DNA of 64,000 nucleotides from the human T2T-CHM13v2.0 reference genome, Homo sapiens (GCF_009914755.1 NC_060929.1), one strand, 5' to 3'. Positions 29,024-42,966 are shown, counted from the stretch's first letter. The notes: generated by a model not told the origin, from the sequence alone. Program-made: numbers and translations.

Positions 29024-29787
29024 TGTTAGCTTCACCAGATCTCGTTTCTTTTCTTCTTGAGGGCACACAGCTAGACTAACTTTCCCTACCTCTTTTGCTA
29101 GAGTTCTGTCAAAAGGAATATGAGTGGATGTAGTGTATCCCACATACAGCCTGGCCCATAAGAAAACCTCTCACATAAAACTATATATGCACTTTTCTTC
29201 CAGCTGGCTGGAATGGATATAATGCCTGATGAAATTTTTTAATTTTCTTTTTTTATAATGTCTTTATTTAGTTTTGGTATTAAGGTTAGGCTGGTCTCAT
29301 AAAATGAGGTGGGAAGTATTCCCTTCCCCTCTATTTTCTAAAAGAGTTTGTGTGAGACTGGAATTATTTATTCCATAAATATCTGATAGAATTCACCAGT
29401 GAAACCCTCTGGGCCTGGAGTTTTGTTTGTGAGAAGGGCTTAAATAACAGATTTAATTTACTTAATAGCTACAAGGCTATTCAAAATTTTTACTTCATTT
29501 TGTGTTTTTTGATGTTTGTCGAATCTGTGGTAATAATCCTTCTTCCATCCCTGATATTGGTTGTGTTCTTAATGTAACTTTGGAAACCAAGTACAGAAGA
29601 TGTTGAAGCCACAAGACACAATGAACCTAGGTCCTTGGATAACCTTTTGGCAAAAACCTACCAACTGATCAGAAACACCTGCATCATTTTGTTACATACA
29701 CTAGAAATCAACATTAATTACATTAAGTCACTGAGATCTGATGGGGGTTGGTTTGTTATAGCAGCCAGCATAACCTGACTTATTGCA
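29024..29787 (+). mobile_element. MLT1I/J-like LTR interrupted by an antisense L1M ORF2 fragment (about 29235-29570), all within L2 remnants
   Basis: gggcacacagctagacta...ggcccataagaaaacctc, then tttgttatagcagccagc; L1 part ttttggtattaaggttagg...aattcaccagtgaaacc. Confidence 0.7.
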
Positions 29788-30767
29788 GATCGTCATTATT
29801 GCTTTATGTGTTTATATTCCCCACTGGTGAGGGCTCTTGGAGGGCAAGGGGCCTGATAATCCTGCTCTTGGTTTTTGTTTCAGTGCTTAGCACAATACTT
29901 GGTGAATATTAGGTTCTCAATAAATGTTACTTGAATATAAATTAATGACTAAAATGTTTCCTATATATTTGGAGTTAGAAGTTTTATTTTCCTGGAATGG
30001 GTGACTCAACTCCAGTGGAAAGCTCTGAACACTCAGTATTGAATTACTTAATCTTTTTCTTTCTCCATTTCCTTTCCCTGCTTTTCTCCTCCCTTCTCAC
30101 TACTTTCTTTGTTTTTCCTTTATTCAGAACTACATCTCTGCATTATTGTCAAATACCTTTTACTAAGGTAAAATCTCTTCAATTCAGATCCCACTGAAAA
30201 GGAATTCAGGATAATAGACATGAGCTGGGCTTATGTTTGCTTTTGCTTTCTTATCAAAACATACAGACAAAAATGTCAAACAACCAAACTATAACCATGA
30301 CACTCAGAACTCTATGTAAATGCTGTATAAAAATGGATCCCAGGGAGAGACATTGAGATTATTTGAAAGAATAAACTTTTAAAGGACTCTTCCAGTGACA
30401 TCAGTTTAATCTTGTTGCATATAAACAATAGACTAATTACAAATTACATTTAAAGTAGGTATCAGGTCCATATTTTGCTACACCTTAGTATATATTCCTA
30501 TAAAATTATTCCTTAAATAGTATTTTCTAATTCAGACAGTCACTGAATTGGATCAGTCCTCTTAAACAACAAGATAGCATTGGTGAGGGGCTCCCTGCAC
30601 TAAGTGGGATGTTAACAAAAGTGGTGTAAATCATGCACTCTGGATTCAGTCTTTTGCCACCATTGCTTCTTTGCCATAACCTAAAAAACATGACCAGCCT
30701 AGCTGCTAAAAGACTGTTCTGAAAGACCCATAGAAAAGATTCAGGTTCTTTGAGGCCATCCAAGAAG

Positions 30768-30958
30768 AGTCAGCCTCCAGCCACCCTGCCAGCTGACCCC
30801 AGACACAAAAGTGAGCCAAGACATGGTGGAGTTGAGCATGGCCCACATCAGCAGAACTACCCAGCTGACCCACAGACTAATGAGAAATAGTAAATTGTTG
30901 TTGTTTTAAGCCACTATGCTTTGGGATGTTTTGTTACATAGCAATAGCTAAGTGATAC
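30768..30958 (+). mobile_element. MLT1 LTR 3' portion
   Basis: gttgttttaagccactatgctttgggatgttttgttacatagcaatagctaagtgataca. Confidence 0.75.
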
Positions 30959-31024
30959 AACTTCAATTGTAACAATAACTTTCACTACTTGTGATTCTCC
31001 ATTTGAGTGCGCATTCAAGATTTT

Positions 31025-31370
31025 CAGCATAGTGGTTTAGGTTCTAGGCTCTGGAGCCAAACTACCTGAGATTCAAATCCCAGTTTTGAGCTCACTTAAC
31101 TTAATAATAGTGCTTGGCAACTAGGAAGCACTGTAAGCACGTTAAATAAAATGCTATGTTGCCAGTTCTGTGGCAAGCGTATACACAAGTGATCTCTCTC
31201 TAGCCCTTCAATAACTCAGTGAAGTAGATCGTATGACCCGTATTATTTAGTAGACATGAATACCAAGGCTCAGAGAAGCTAAATAACTTGCATAATATCA
31301 CAGTTAGTAAGTGACAGAGCCAAGTTTATGAATCCAGAGCTGACCATATTTATAATCACTCTATTACACG
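31025..31370. mobile_element. Two MIR fragments in opposite orientations
   Basis: gctctggagccaaactacctgagattcaaatccc (+); aggctcagagaagctaaataacttgc (-). Confidence 0.7.
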
Positions 31371-33844
31371 GCCATAGCATCTTTGCCATTTTGGTCTTCT
31401 TTTGGAAATTTGGTCCCAAGTTGAGCTTTTGCCTCAAGTAAAATTTTAAAAAGTAAATTCAGAAATATAAATAATATTAGCAGGGGAGGAGAGGATGTAA
31501 TGGAGAAAAAAAATGTGGGCTGCATCAAGTCCTAGGTATCTCCTGTTACCTGCTAAAGGTACTTTGACATAAAAATCCTGTGTATATGCATCAGTTTGGT
31601 CAGGAGAAATGAAGATAAAGGGAAACCGTAATGGCTAAATCTCATTTATTTGATACAGTAAACATGTTATTAAATCAGACTTATTATTGGGTATGAGGTT
31701 AAAGTTGGGGAATAAACCTAACTGAACTTACAACATTTGTTATGGATTTATTTTTCAAACAAATGCAGTTTTATTAGGTAAAGAATATTTCCATGGCAAA
31801 AATTGTTGTTTGTAAATCCTACTGAGCAAATATAAGATAATAACTTATATTTAGCCTTTACCTCTTCCTTTTCCCCTGCTAAAGCATATGGAATTATAAT
31901 GTAATACATTGCTTAAACACAGCCTCTAGATTTTTTCATTGTTAAGTTCCTTGGAAAGACAACAATGATAGAATGAATCCTAAATTCTGAATTCTAGGAT
32001 CTGTTTTACTGAGATTTTACAATTCCTTCATTAATCCAGATTTTCCCATCCAACTGTTGATCATTGTCACCAACAAGCAACAAAATGAACATGTTAAGCT
32101 TGCCGCTTTCTTATACACATGCTAACGAGTCATTAAAAAGCCCCAAAACCCACTGAAGTCAATTCTTTGGGAGCAGACTTTGGAAAAAGTGGCCTGCATA
32201 ACATGCCTCTACACTTTGGATTCTGTTCTGGATGTTCTTTTCAAAGTGTTCAGTTTCTGTTTTCTTTTACTCTATCCAGTAAAGGAGAACCAAACTGCCA
32301 TTTAACAGTTCATGCCTGGAACCAATCTTAAATGACCCAGGTTTTTCTGTTTTTTATCATGTACATCAGAATCATATTGTGCCTCCACCAAACGTTTGAG
32401 AGTTGTAATCCACTGCAGGAGCACAAGACCAGTAACTTCATGTGTACAGTGACAAACGTCTCTGCTAAGATTGATGGACAGCCTTCTATGTTGGGAGCTT
32501 CCTTGCTGAGAATCAGCTGTTGTTGCATGCACCCAAAGCCTCATCCTTGGGGATAGGCTAGTGGCCAAGTCCAGACTCATGGACAAATAATTATTATCAT
32601 AGTAAAGTAACTTCAAAGATAGAGTGGAATTCTGTGGCTGTGAGATCACGGTAGATCTGAGTGCAACTTTTGCAGCATTAGTTTTCTCCTGGAATAGTCC
32701 AGGAAGTGGCATGCATGAGGCTTTCTGGCTCACAGATTTGCTATGCTTCTGGCTGAAAAAAATATTGAAATCTTAAGAAATATGTTTATTGTGCCCATAT
32801 CTTAAGAAGCTTTTACTTGATCTTGGCAGGGCGAGCCGCTGTTTGAACAATTGAAAACATCTTTTTTAACTGTTTCCGGAAAGCATTTGCAAACACCCTG
32901 AAGTAAGGTTACATACTTACAGTTCAGCTCTAAGCCTCAATTAAGGCTGTTGTTGTATAGCGTTTGCTGCCTTTAACAGCCTGACACCATAATAATATTA
33001 TACAGTATCCTGAGATAATGAGAAGAATGCCTAACATCTGCTTATACTCAGAGAACAAAGCAGAAATGGAAGGATGCGTCCAGCAACATTTGCAAAGCAT
33101 TGCCTCTGCTTGCTGGAGATACAGGGTGGATTTTCCCAAGGATTATTTTTCTGCCATCCAAGGACAATGGCATAATGTTCAGAAAAAGCTTAACATAGGC
33201 CACTTGGGCTGGGGGCTCAGCAAGACTGACGTCATGAAGGGAACCATTTCTGAACTCCTCCAGAATAGTTAAAGATTATATTTTTTAGTTAGTTTATTAA
33301 AATAAGAGGAGCTTATTTTAAGACAGTGGAGAATACTCACTTGGATCTTTGTTCCAGTCTTCCCTAACCTCTAATGCTGTCCTCTGCAACCAAGTGATGG
33401 GGAATGATGGTGTTATGCCCTTCTGATACTTTCAGCAACAGTCTCACTTGGAAAGAAGTTTAAGGTGGACTTACTTTTTGCCATGCTCTGCTCTCCTGGG
33501 GTCATACATTTTAGGAACAAGGGTCATCATTCCCATTATTCCTTAAGTAGGAACTTGAGATATAGTGACGATAAATAACCTGCAAATGGAAACACAGCAG
33601 GTAGGAGAAGGAGCAGCAGAAATGAAACTCAATGTGTATGCTTCCTGGCTTGTTAGGCAATTCTGTGTTCCTGTCGGTTTAACAACGCTATAGGAAAAAA
33701 ACACGATTGGCTTATCCAACTGAGAAAGAGGGAACAGTAATTGACTGTAGTGGACACTCATTGGTTGACTTTACAGTACTTTCTAGTTTTACCCTTTCTC
33801 TTTCCTAACAGAACTCTGAATTTCCTTCCCTGCAACTTACTAGG

Positions 33845-34612
33845 TCTTGTCCTGATCTGGATACTTCTGGAAGCAAATCTGACACATGGATTCAAGTAAA
33901 AGTAGTTTATTCGGCAGAATTACTGGTGGGGATTAGGGAAGCGAGATAAGGAGAGGAGAAAGTCAGTAAAGAGTGCGTGCTATGGCCTGAATATTTGTGT
34001 ACTTCCAAAATCCATACATCAAAATCCTAACTCCCGAGGGGTTGGTGTTAAGAGGTAGGCCTTTGGGAGGTGACTAGGTCATGATGGTGGAGTCCTAACA
34101 AATGGGGTTAGTGCCCTTATAAAAGAGGCCCCAGAGAGCTCTCTTGCTCATTCCACCATGTGAGGACACAGCAAGAGGATGGCTGTCTATGAGGAAGCAG
34201 GTCCTCACCAGACACTGGATCCACCCGTGCCTTGGTCTTCTCAGACTCTAGAACTTTGAAAAATAAATTTCTATTGTTTAGAATCCACCCAGTCTTTGAT
34301 ATTTTGATCTAGCAGTCTGAACAGACTTAGTGTGTTAACAAACCTCCATGAGCAACTGGAACTCAGAACCCCTGGGGAAACTCTGGAATACTCTGTAGAA
34401 CACACCTCAGAGTTATCCCAGCTGAAGAGTGAGATTGCTGAGATATTTATCTGCCTGTTAAGCATTAGTTGAGGGCTGCCTCAGAGGGTCTTGGCTCTGG
34501 AACTTCTAGCTTGTCCTGTGCATGGGCCAAACATGTTGCTTGGGTGAGCAACCCAAGCCAGGATGTGTGTGTGCAGCCAGGATGTGTGTGGGCACCAGCA
34601 GCTGCTGCTGCA
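33845..34612 (-). mobile_element. LTR16/LTR33-type LTR split by MLT1A
   Basis: ggaagcaaatctgacacatgg...; resumes agaacacacctcagagttatccca. Confidence 0.6.
33978..34330 (+). mobile_element. MLT1A-type LTR
   Basis: tgctatggcctgaatatttgtgt...ttagtgcccttataaaagaggcccc...aaataaatttctattgttta. Confidence 0.85.
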
Positions 34613-34949
34613 GTACTTGACTCCTCCCCCATCCCAAGGGGCTGACCTTGATTGGCTTAAAGCAATCAGCTCAGTCCATCCCCTTGAACACCGCCATTGA
34701 TTTGTTATTTGGGCATGTGACTCAAATCAGTCTCTATCAGGAAGGACGCTCAAATCCCAGACTTTAAGTGGTCTTGCAAAAGTCATCTCTGTCTTCCCCA
34801 TTAGATATGAAGATGCATGGAGCCTTGGAAATTGCTAGTGGCCATCTTGGAAGCACATCAGAAGCACCACGTGAGCCTGCTGACTCGTAGCCAAAACTGG
34901 AGATACAGAAATGGTCCCAATCATAGAATTTGAGCTTTGTTTCCCAGGA

Positions 34950-35697
34950 CTTTTGTAACACAGTACCCAACACTAGGTAGTTTAAAACAATAGGCATTTA
35001 TTGTCTTACGGTTATGGAGGCAGGGGGTTGTCAGGACCATGCTCTCTCTGGTGGCCTAGGAGAGACCTTCCTGCCTCTTCCAGCTTCTGGTGCTTGCTGA
35101 TGATGCTTGGAGTTTCTTGGCTTGTAGATGCATCTTTCTAATCATATGCTGTCTTCTGCTGGTGTGTCTTCAAGTTGTCTTCCCTCTGTGTCTGTCTGTC
35201 TCTGTATCCATGTTTCCACTTTTTTTTTTTTTTTTAGAGACAGAGTCTTGCTCCGTCGCCCAGGCTGGGGTGCAGTGGCACGATCTCGGCTCACTGCAAC
35301 CTCTGCCTCCTGGGTTCAAGTGATTCTCATGCCACAGCCTCCTGAGTAGCTGGGATTACAGGCGCATGCCACCACGCCCAGCTAATTTATTTTGTATTTT
35401 ACTAGAGATGGGGTTTCACCGTGTTGTCCAGGCTGGTCTCGATCTCCTGAGCTCAGCAATCTACCTGCCTCGGCCTCCCAAAATGTTAGGATTACAGACG
35501 TGAGCCACCGTGCCCGGCCTCATGCTTCCACTTTTTATAAGGACACCAATCAGATTGAATTAGGGTCCACCCTAATGACTTCATTTTACCTTGATTACCT
35601 CCATGGAGACCTCACTTCCAGAAAAGGTCACCTTATGAAGTATTAAAAGTTAGGACTTCAACAAATGTATTTTGGGGACAAAATTCAACCCATCACG
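34950..35697 (-). mobile_element. MLT1 (B/C-like) LTR containing an Alu
   Basis: tttaaaacaataggcatttattgtc...ttataaggacaccaatcagattg...aattcaacccatcac. Confidence 0.7.
35220..35519 (-). mobile_element. AluS
   Basis: Full antisense Alu; TSD CATG(T/C)TTCCACTTTT. Confidence 0.95.
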
Positions 35698-35967
35698 AAG
35701 CCAAAACTATTTAACCATGATAGGAAAGCAAATTTTTTTGGTTTAAAGGCATTTGGGTTGAGACTTCCCATTGCCTGCAGTGACATCTTACATACCAATT
35801 CCTTGACCTTTGCTTATGAATGAAGCAAAACAGAAAAACCCAAAGCAAGTGAGGTACTTTTTTGCTGAGAGCTCCCATGGCTGGCATCATCAGAATGTGG
35901 GAGCAAGCACCAGAGTCAGCATAAGTATTGCTAAGGTACTCAGTAAAGGTTTTAAAAAGGGCCTCCT

Positions 35968-36230
35968 TTCATTCATTGACTCAACAAGTATTTCCTGAAA
36001 TCCTCTCCTCCCCATGTGTCAGGTACTGTTCTAGGCACTGGGGATATAACACTAATCAAAAAAGACACATTGCCCTTCCCTCAGGAAACTTACATTCTGG
36101 TAGGGGAGACAGGTAACAGACAGGAGAAATCAGTGAAATGTAGAGTATATTAGATAATGCTACAGGAATAGGAAATATCAGGGAGACTTGGAATTTTAAG
36201 TAGTGTGGGCAAAGTAGGCCTCACTGGGAA
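35968..36230 (-). mobile_element. L2 fragment
   Basis: ttcattcattgactcaacaagtattt...aggtactgttctaggcactggggatat. Confidence 0.7.
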
Positions 36231-37297
36231 GATGAAATTGCTTTCGAATGTCATCCCAAAGGAAGTGATGTAGTTATTCATGTAGGTGAGTCTTAATGGA
36301 AACATGGTATCCATTCTGGGTCTAACTGGATGCATAAAATGGGTGAAAAGCAAGAAAAGCTTATTCGTAGAGGAGAGGCTCTCTGTCTCTTCTACGGGCT
36401 TATAGGTAGCAGCTTTTATGTTTGGAAGGGAATTTGGTTTATTTTCACCTGGCCCATCTGGGCCACCTAGAAAACTCTACAAATCACTGCATCTACAGAA
36501 AACTAGTCATGGTAAAGGTTGAGTCCAATTCATAGCCAATGACAGGCTAAATGTGGCTTTAAAAGCTGAGACAATCCTTGCCAGCTGTTACGAGTATTCT
36601 CTCTGGCTTCAGAGTTTCAGTACTATGAAAATGAATGAGAAGGACCAAGTCTGTAATGTCTCCTGAGGTTAATTATTTTTAACAGCAAAATATTGACTTT
36701 CTAAAACACTCAAATATACAAGATGTGACTTGTATGAAATGTGTGAAGGCCCAAGACTGATCCTGTAAGTACCCCATGAAAATAAATTGTACTGCTTCTA
36801 GTTGTAGCCTCACAAGTTCTTAGGGATGGACAACTGATATTGCACAATGTTTAGACCTAGTTGAATATGCTATTTACAGTAAGGACTCTTCATGCTCCAA
36901 AATGATGTTGAGAAGAACAATTTGTCACTTTGCCAGTTTGCACTATGTAGCACAAATTTTTTATACAATTCCAAATTAAAACAGCAGCCATTAGTTAAGT
37001 AAAACGAACCATTTACTCCAGTGCAGTTGGTAAACATGGTTATATTCTACTACATTATTGCTGCTGGATAGTAGCTATTTGAATTGTAAGTGTAAGTTTC
37101 CTACATACATTGTGGTAGTAATGATAAATGCTCGGACACTTGAATAGGAAATTTAAAAATGTCCCCTCTGTAGGCAAAGTTAAGTTAGAGGAATTTATAA
37201 TTGATGTAAGTTGTTAGGTAGGGTTTAAGTTCATACTTAAAAAAAAAGGTGAGAGAGGACCCCAAACTCAGAGGCATAAACGAGAGACAAATGTGTG

Positions 37298-37613
37298 TTT
37301 TTTCTTTTTTGTTTTTGTTTTTTTTTTGAGACAGGGTCTCATGTCTCATTCTGTCACCAAAGCTGGAGTGCAGTGATGCCATCTTGGCTCACTGCAACCT
37401 CCACTTCCTGGGCTAAAGCCATCCTCCCACCTCAGTCTCCTGAGTAGCTGGGACTACAGGCACGTACAATACACCCAGCAAATTTTTGTATTTTTTGTAG
37501 AGACAGGGTTTTGTCATGTTGGTCAGCCTCTTCTCCAATTTCTGGGCTCAAGTGATCTGCCAGGCTTGGCTTCCCAAAGTGCTGGGATTATAGGCATGAG
37601 CCACTGTGCCCAG
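37298..37613 (-). mobile_element. AluJ
   Basis: acagggtctc, cctgggctaaagccatcctcccacctcag and gggctcaagtgatc are J-type diagnostics. Confidence 0.9.
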
Positions 37614-39009
37614 TGACAAAGGTGTTTCTGATGTAACAGTCTATAGACAGATGAGCAGTCCAGAGTGGAGAGGTGGCTCTGCTCTCTAAGTTTAGCCAGG
37701 AACTAGATTTCTTTTGTTTTGTGGTTCTGCCATGCCTTAGGTTGTTGTCCTTATCTCCCTTGTTGAAGCTGGCTCACCATTTTGTTTACTTTGCAGCCTT
37801 TAGGAAGGGGGAAACAGCAAGTGGAGAAGAAGCTTCCTTTTTAATGACATGACCTGGAAGTTGCAAATATGTCTTCAACTCATATCCAATTGGCGAGAGC
37901 CTAGCTGCAAGAGAAGCTGGAAACATCTCTAGCTGTGTGGCCATATTCTGGGGCTTCTGCACTTTCTTTTATGAGAAGGAATGAGATTGGAACTATAAGG
38001 CCTGATAAAATTTGGAAGTTATCATTTATTTAACAATCACCAGGTACCGAGGGCCTGCTGTTTTCCTCATAGTCTTATAGTCCAGTTGGAAAGATAGACA
38101 ATTAAATAGAAATTTAAAATAAAGTGTGAAGATGTTGTATTGGGGAAACAAAGTACTGTAAGAACACAGGGCAGGAGAACCTAACCTAGTCTAGCGACAA
38201 AAGGATCTGCAAGACCTTCCTGGGGGCATTGATGCTACGCTGAGAATTCTGTGGAAGGTATTGTTTGGGTAAACAGTGGAAATTTTCAAAGGGTGGGGAT
38301 CAGAGACAATGTGTTTTCTAAGAAATCTTCCAAAGACAGAAGTCATTTTACATGGCTGCTGCAAGAAATCTTACCCCAAGGCAGGAGCAAAGGGAAAGCT
38401 ATGTAGAATTTATCGAGAAAGGAAGAAGGATTACTGAGCTGGAAAGAAATTTTCTTGGCACCAGTCTTATAGCAAAGTATAGAGTCATGATGAGCCCCAG
38501 ATTCTGGTCATCTACAGTGATTTGAAACATGGACGTGGTTATTGTTTGGCCACAAGCACCAATAAATCGATCAAGCTTTTCAACAAGAATTAGAATATTC
38601 CTATAATTCTCCATTAATCACGTCTTTTGGAAAGGTAGGAAGTGGTAGGGATCACATCTGTTTGGTTGTTTGGCAACAAAGTATTAGCTCTCCTAGTGTT
38701 TATCTGGTGTTTACTAAAAAAAATGTTGTAAGTTTGAGTCATGATGAAATCTATTTTATTTGGAGAGTTGCTTTTGAGAATGGATAGCAAATTGTCCCAG
38801 GGAAAAAACATGATCAGGAAAAAAATATTGTAAGATAATGTTTGGGTAGGAGTAGAGGAACTTACTTGAATGTTTCTTGCTAGTTTGGAACAAAACATCT
38901 AATCTTTTCCTACTTTGAAACAGGATATCTCCCTTTTGGTGTAAATATTTTATTAGGTTTTGGTTAAAGGATGGATTCTGAGCTACCACATAATTTTAAT
39001 TTGACTTTT

Positions 39010-39236
39010 CTTTCTTTCTTTTTTTTTTTTTTGAGACGGAGTCTCTCTCTGTCACCCAGGCTGGAGTGCAGTGGCGCGATCTTGGCTTGCTGCAAGCTCC
39101 GCCTCCCGGGTTCACGCCATTCTCCTGCCTCAGCCTCCTGAGTAGCTGGGACTACAGGCACCCGCCACTGCGCCCAACTAATTTTTTGTATTTTTAGTAG
39201 AGACGGGGTTTCACCGTGGTCTCGATCTCCTGACCT
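39010..39236 (-). mobile_element. AluY with 12-bp left-arm deletion (Yd-type), 5'-truncated
   Basis: gcaagctccgcctcccgggttcacgccattc (Y diagnostic); tttcaccgtggtctcgatc lacks 12 nt of consensus. Confidence 0.9.
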
Positions 39237-39721
39237 TTCTTAAGATTATTCATGTACAAGCACTTATTGAGTACCTGTCATGGTTAAGTGCTGCTAGGTA
39301 TTGCTGGGAGTGGCAGGCCCTGGGTGTTGCTAGACACTAGGTGTTAAGGCTCTGATGTTGAAAAATGTAAGCCCGGTTCAGACAAAATAGAGACAGTGCT
39401 GGAAATTGAAGCACATTACACTTCAGCTTTACTTCTGAAATGCTGTATGTCTTTGGCTAGTTATTCATCTTTTCTCCTGTAAAATTCCTTCTGTATAATA
39501 AGAATGATCATAGTATTGTCCTTTCCCTTTTCCCGCTTCATTTCTACCCTGTGGCCAAATTCCACCATTTCCAGTTCTATCACTGTAGCTAGGATATCTT
39601 TCATATTGGACAAAACCAAGTATAAAACACCAAGAGTTTCCATTCTAAGACTGTTTTGAGAAGAATGACTCAAAGTATTTAATGGAAGGAGAGGTAGCTT
39701 CTTCATCACAGACCTTTTATA

Positions 39722-40299
<578 letters not shown>

Positions 40300-40389
40300 T
40301 AAGTAGAAGAATGGAATGTAGGAAGGTAATTTCTCCCAGCATCTGACAGGAGTAGTGACATGGAGTGGGTCTTAATGTTCATGATGATT

Positions 40390-40590
40390 ATATGCTAGGC
40401 ACTGTGTTGCATCTATTACCCAATTTTGTATAATGAACCACCCAACAGTCAAGCATTATTATTCCTATTATGTGGATGAGGAGGTTGAGGGCCAGAGAGT
40501 CTATGTACCAGCTGATCAAGTGCAGAGCAGGATCCAAACCCACATTTCCACATCTCCCAACTCCAATGACCATGCTGCCTCTCCTTAAAG
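40390..40590 (-). mobile_element. MIR
   Basis: attattattcctattatgtggatgaggaggttgagggccagagag core. Confidence 0.7.
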
Positions 40591-42966
40591 TGTTTGTCCT
40601 TGAACCATTGAAATTCAGACACCTCATTAGCTTGGTTGGGTTAGCCCTGTTCCTTTTAGGAATTCAGGGTGGGTAAATTTAGGAATTTGGATGAGTAAAC
40701 TTCTCCAAGGCTGGGGCAAAAAGAGACAGATTGAGCTGAGAAAGGAAGTTGGCTGGAATACTATTGCTTAAGCTGCCGTCTTACTGGCAAGAACAGACCA
40801 CTTTTGTTTAGCAAAATGATTGGAGTTCACCACCCTGTCTTTTCTTTAGATGGGACTTAAAGACACTAATAAAACATTTTGTTTTTAAAAATTTTCTGGG
40901 GTTTTAAAAACTTGTTCCAAATTTATGTCCTGACCAGGTGTCCAGAGAACGTGTGTGATCACCTTACACAAACAGAAGTTGTTCTTGCCCTGTACCCTGT
41001 GTTGTAGTAGTCTTTCTCATTAACTGTGGGCTTCCAGAGGGCAGGGAGTGGAACTTATTCCCTGAGAAATTCCCAGAACTCAGTGCAGTACTTGGCACAT
41101 GGCTCAGTAAATGTCCACGGAAATTAACTAGTATCCCAATGTTTTTTGTTCATAACGAAAGGAATCTGTTTTAAATTCAAATGGACAAATGCCAATCAAG
41201 TCATTTCCAACTGTTTCTGTTCCTGGGGTAGTAGTGTGAGTTTAGTTACGTTTTAGTTTTACCTGTAGGGCTGGCATTGTCTTTGTGCCATATCCTGCCT
41301 TCTTTAGGGGAAAGCCCTCCAGCTGTGAACACTGATTCCACAGGTACAATCCCTGGTGGTCCACCAAAGAATCTGACAAATGGGTAGTAACATTTGTAAC
41401 ATGTCCATTTTATCTGTGAATATAACTGTCAACTTTTTCAAGCGAGAAAGGAAATTTGGAGAGAAATTAGGGGAAGCCTGTAATAATCTTGAAATAGATT
41501 AAGTTTGGAGAGCTGTTTGGAAAATGGTTAAGTTCTCACTAGCACAGGAAGAGCAGAAAGCAGCACATGAATGAGGACAGCTGCTCTGTGGTCTGAGTGG
41601 GTCTATTTGCATTTTTACTGTTAGGGTAGCCATGGCCTTTTTACTGATGTTGGTAATGCTCTGGTGGTTAGCTTCAATGATTTTCTTTATTGTGACTTGC
41701 AGATCAATCTCCTACATGGTTGTTCCATTTAACCTGTATTCCCTAGGTTATTTCTTAAAGCAATTTATTGAACATTATCTTAAATTGAACTGCATTTACT
41801 ATCCCTTGGCCCAATTACTTAAATGGTCCACATCCATTTGATTTTGATTGCCTGCTCTCTTGCCATTTGCTTTCCCTCTAATTTTACTATCAGTTGCAAA
41901 AGAGACTATTTAGTTCCACAGCCCCTTCTTTCCCAAACCACTCTATTTGAGCAGTGTAACTCATAAAGGCAGCTCTTCTAATTTGAAAAGTCCTAGTTCT
42001 TCCATATGAATATGGTTTATTTCAACAATTCAATTCTACAAAGATTTATGGAGTGCCTACTTTGTGATAGAACTTAGCTAAGAGCTATCTGTTTGCTCCA
42101 TGTCCCCTTTGGAGTGAGTTTGTGAGGCAAAGGTCTCTGATCTCTGATCAGGGTGTCTCAACTCTGGATCCTGTCAGATGGTTTTTCAACACCAGTTTTG
42201 ACTCCTCTGGGTTCCTTTCAACACTCCTCTCACAGTGCACAGCAAATGTCCCCCAGGTTAGTTGACTGTAATCTTTGTGTGTTCATATATTTGTTAACTT
42301 CCAATTAATAAGCAAGCCTGCTCCTCCAGGTGTTTCCCCTGTCCATAGAATGGTTTCTACACTTTGTCTAATAACGTTTGTATAATATGCATGGTCCTGG
42401 TTCGTGTCTTGAATTATTTAAAAAAATTAGCATCAATACAATTTGTCATTTCCCATTCTTAGGATTTTCTCTTTAAACTTCTGAACTCAGGCAAGATCCA
42501 CCATCTTCTTACATTTCTCCTAACCCTTGTAAACCAGCACTGTGTTTTTATTGGCCTTCAAACTTGTTTAAGTAGAACTAGTGGTGAGAATGGAAATGAT
42601 TTTCTCTGAGAAACCTGATTATTTATACTGCTTGAGTAAAGACATCTTTAAACAGGGCTCCCTTTTGGTCTTTTACAATTTCCACCCTGGTGTGAAAGTG
42701 ACATTGTATTAAGCTTTCCCATTATTTGCTAATTCCCTTCTCCATCTTCTGAGGTCAGTGCTGCTGTCCCCATTTTCCAGGGAGCCCATGGAGAGCCCAG
42801 TTGCAGGTAGAGTTCTCTCTTGAGGTGTTCGGCTCTACCCAGTCCCAATCAGCACAGACAGGATTTGACCTGTTCTCATGAGGTGGAGGAAAGATCTAGT
42901 CTAAAGCCACTTAGTCATTCAGTGGCTGAAAACCCAGAAATTCCAGATTTGGGGATATTTGCCCTG

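Noticed and set aside
32302-32733. 143-aa ORF with overlapping frames
   Set aside because: No recognisable domain, codon bias or convincing splice boundaries; left unassigned.
38595-38625. MENYRN resembling a KRAB-A motif
   Set aside because: Rest of the KRAB box is absent and there are no C2H2 zinc-finger repeats in the window.
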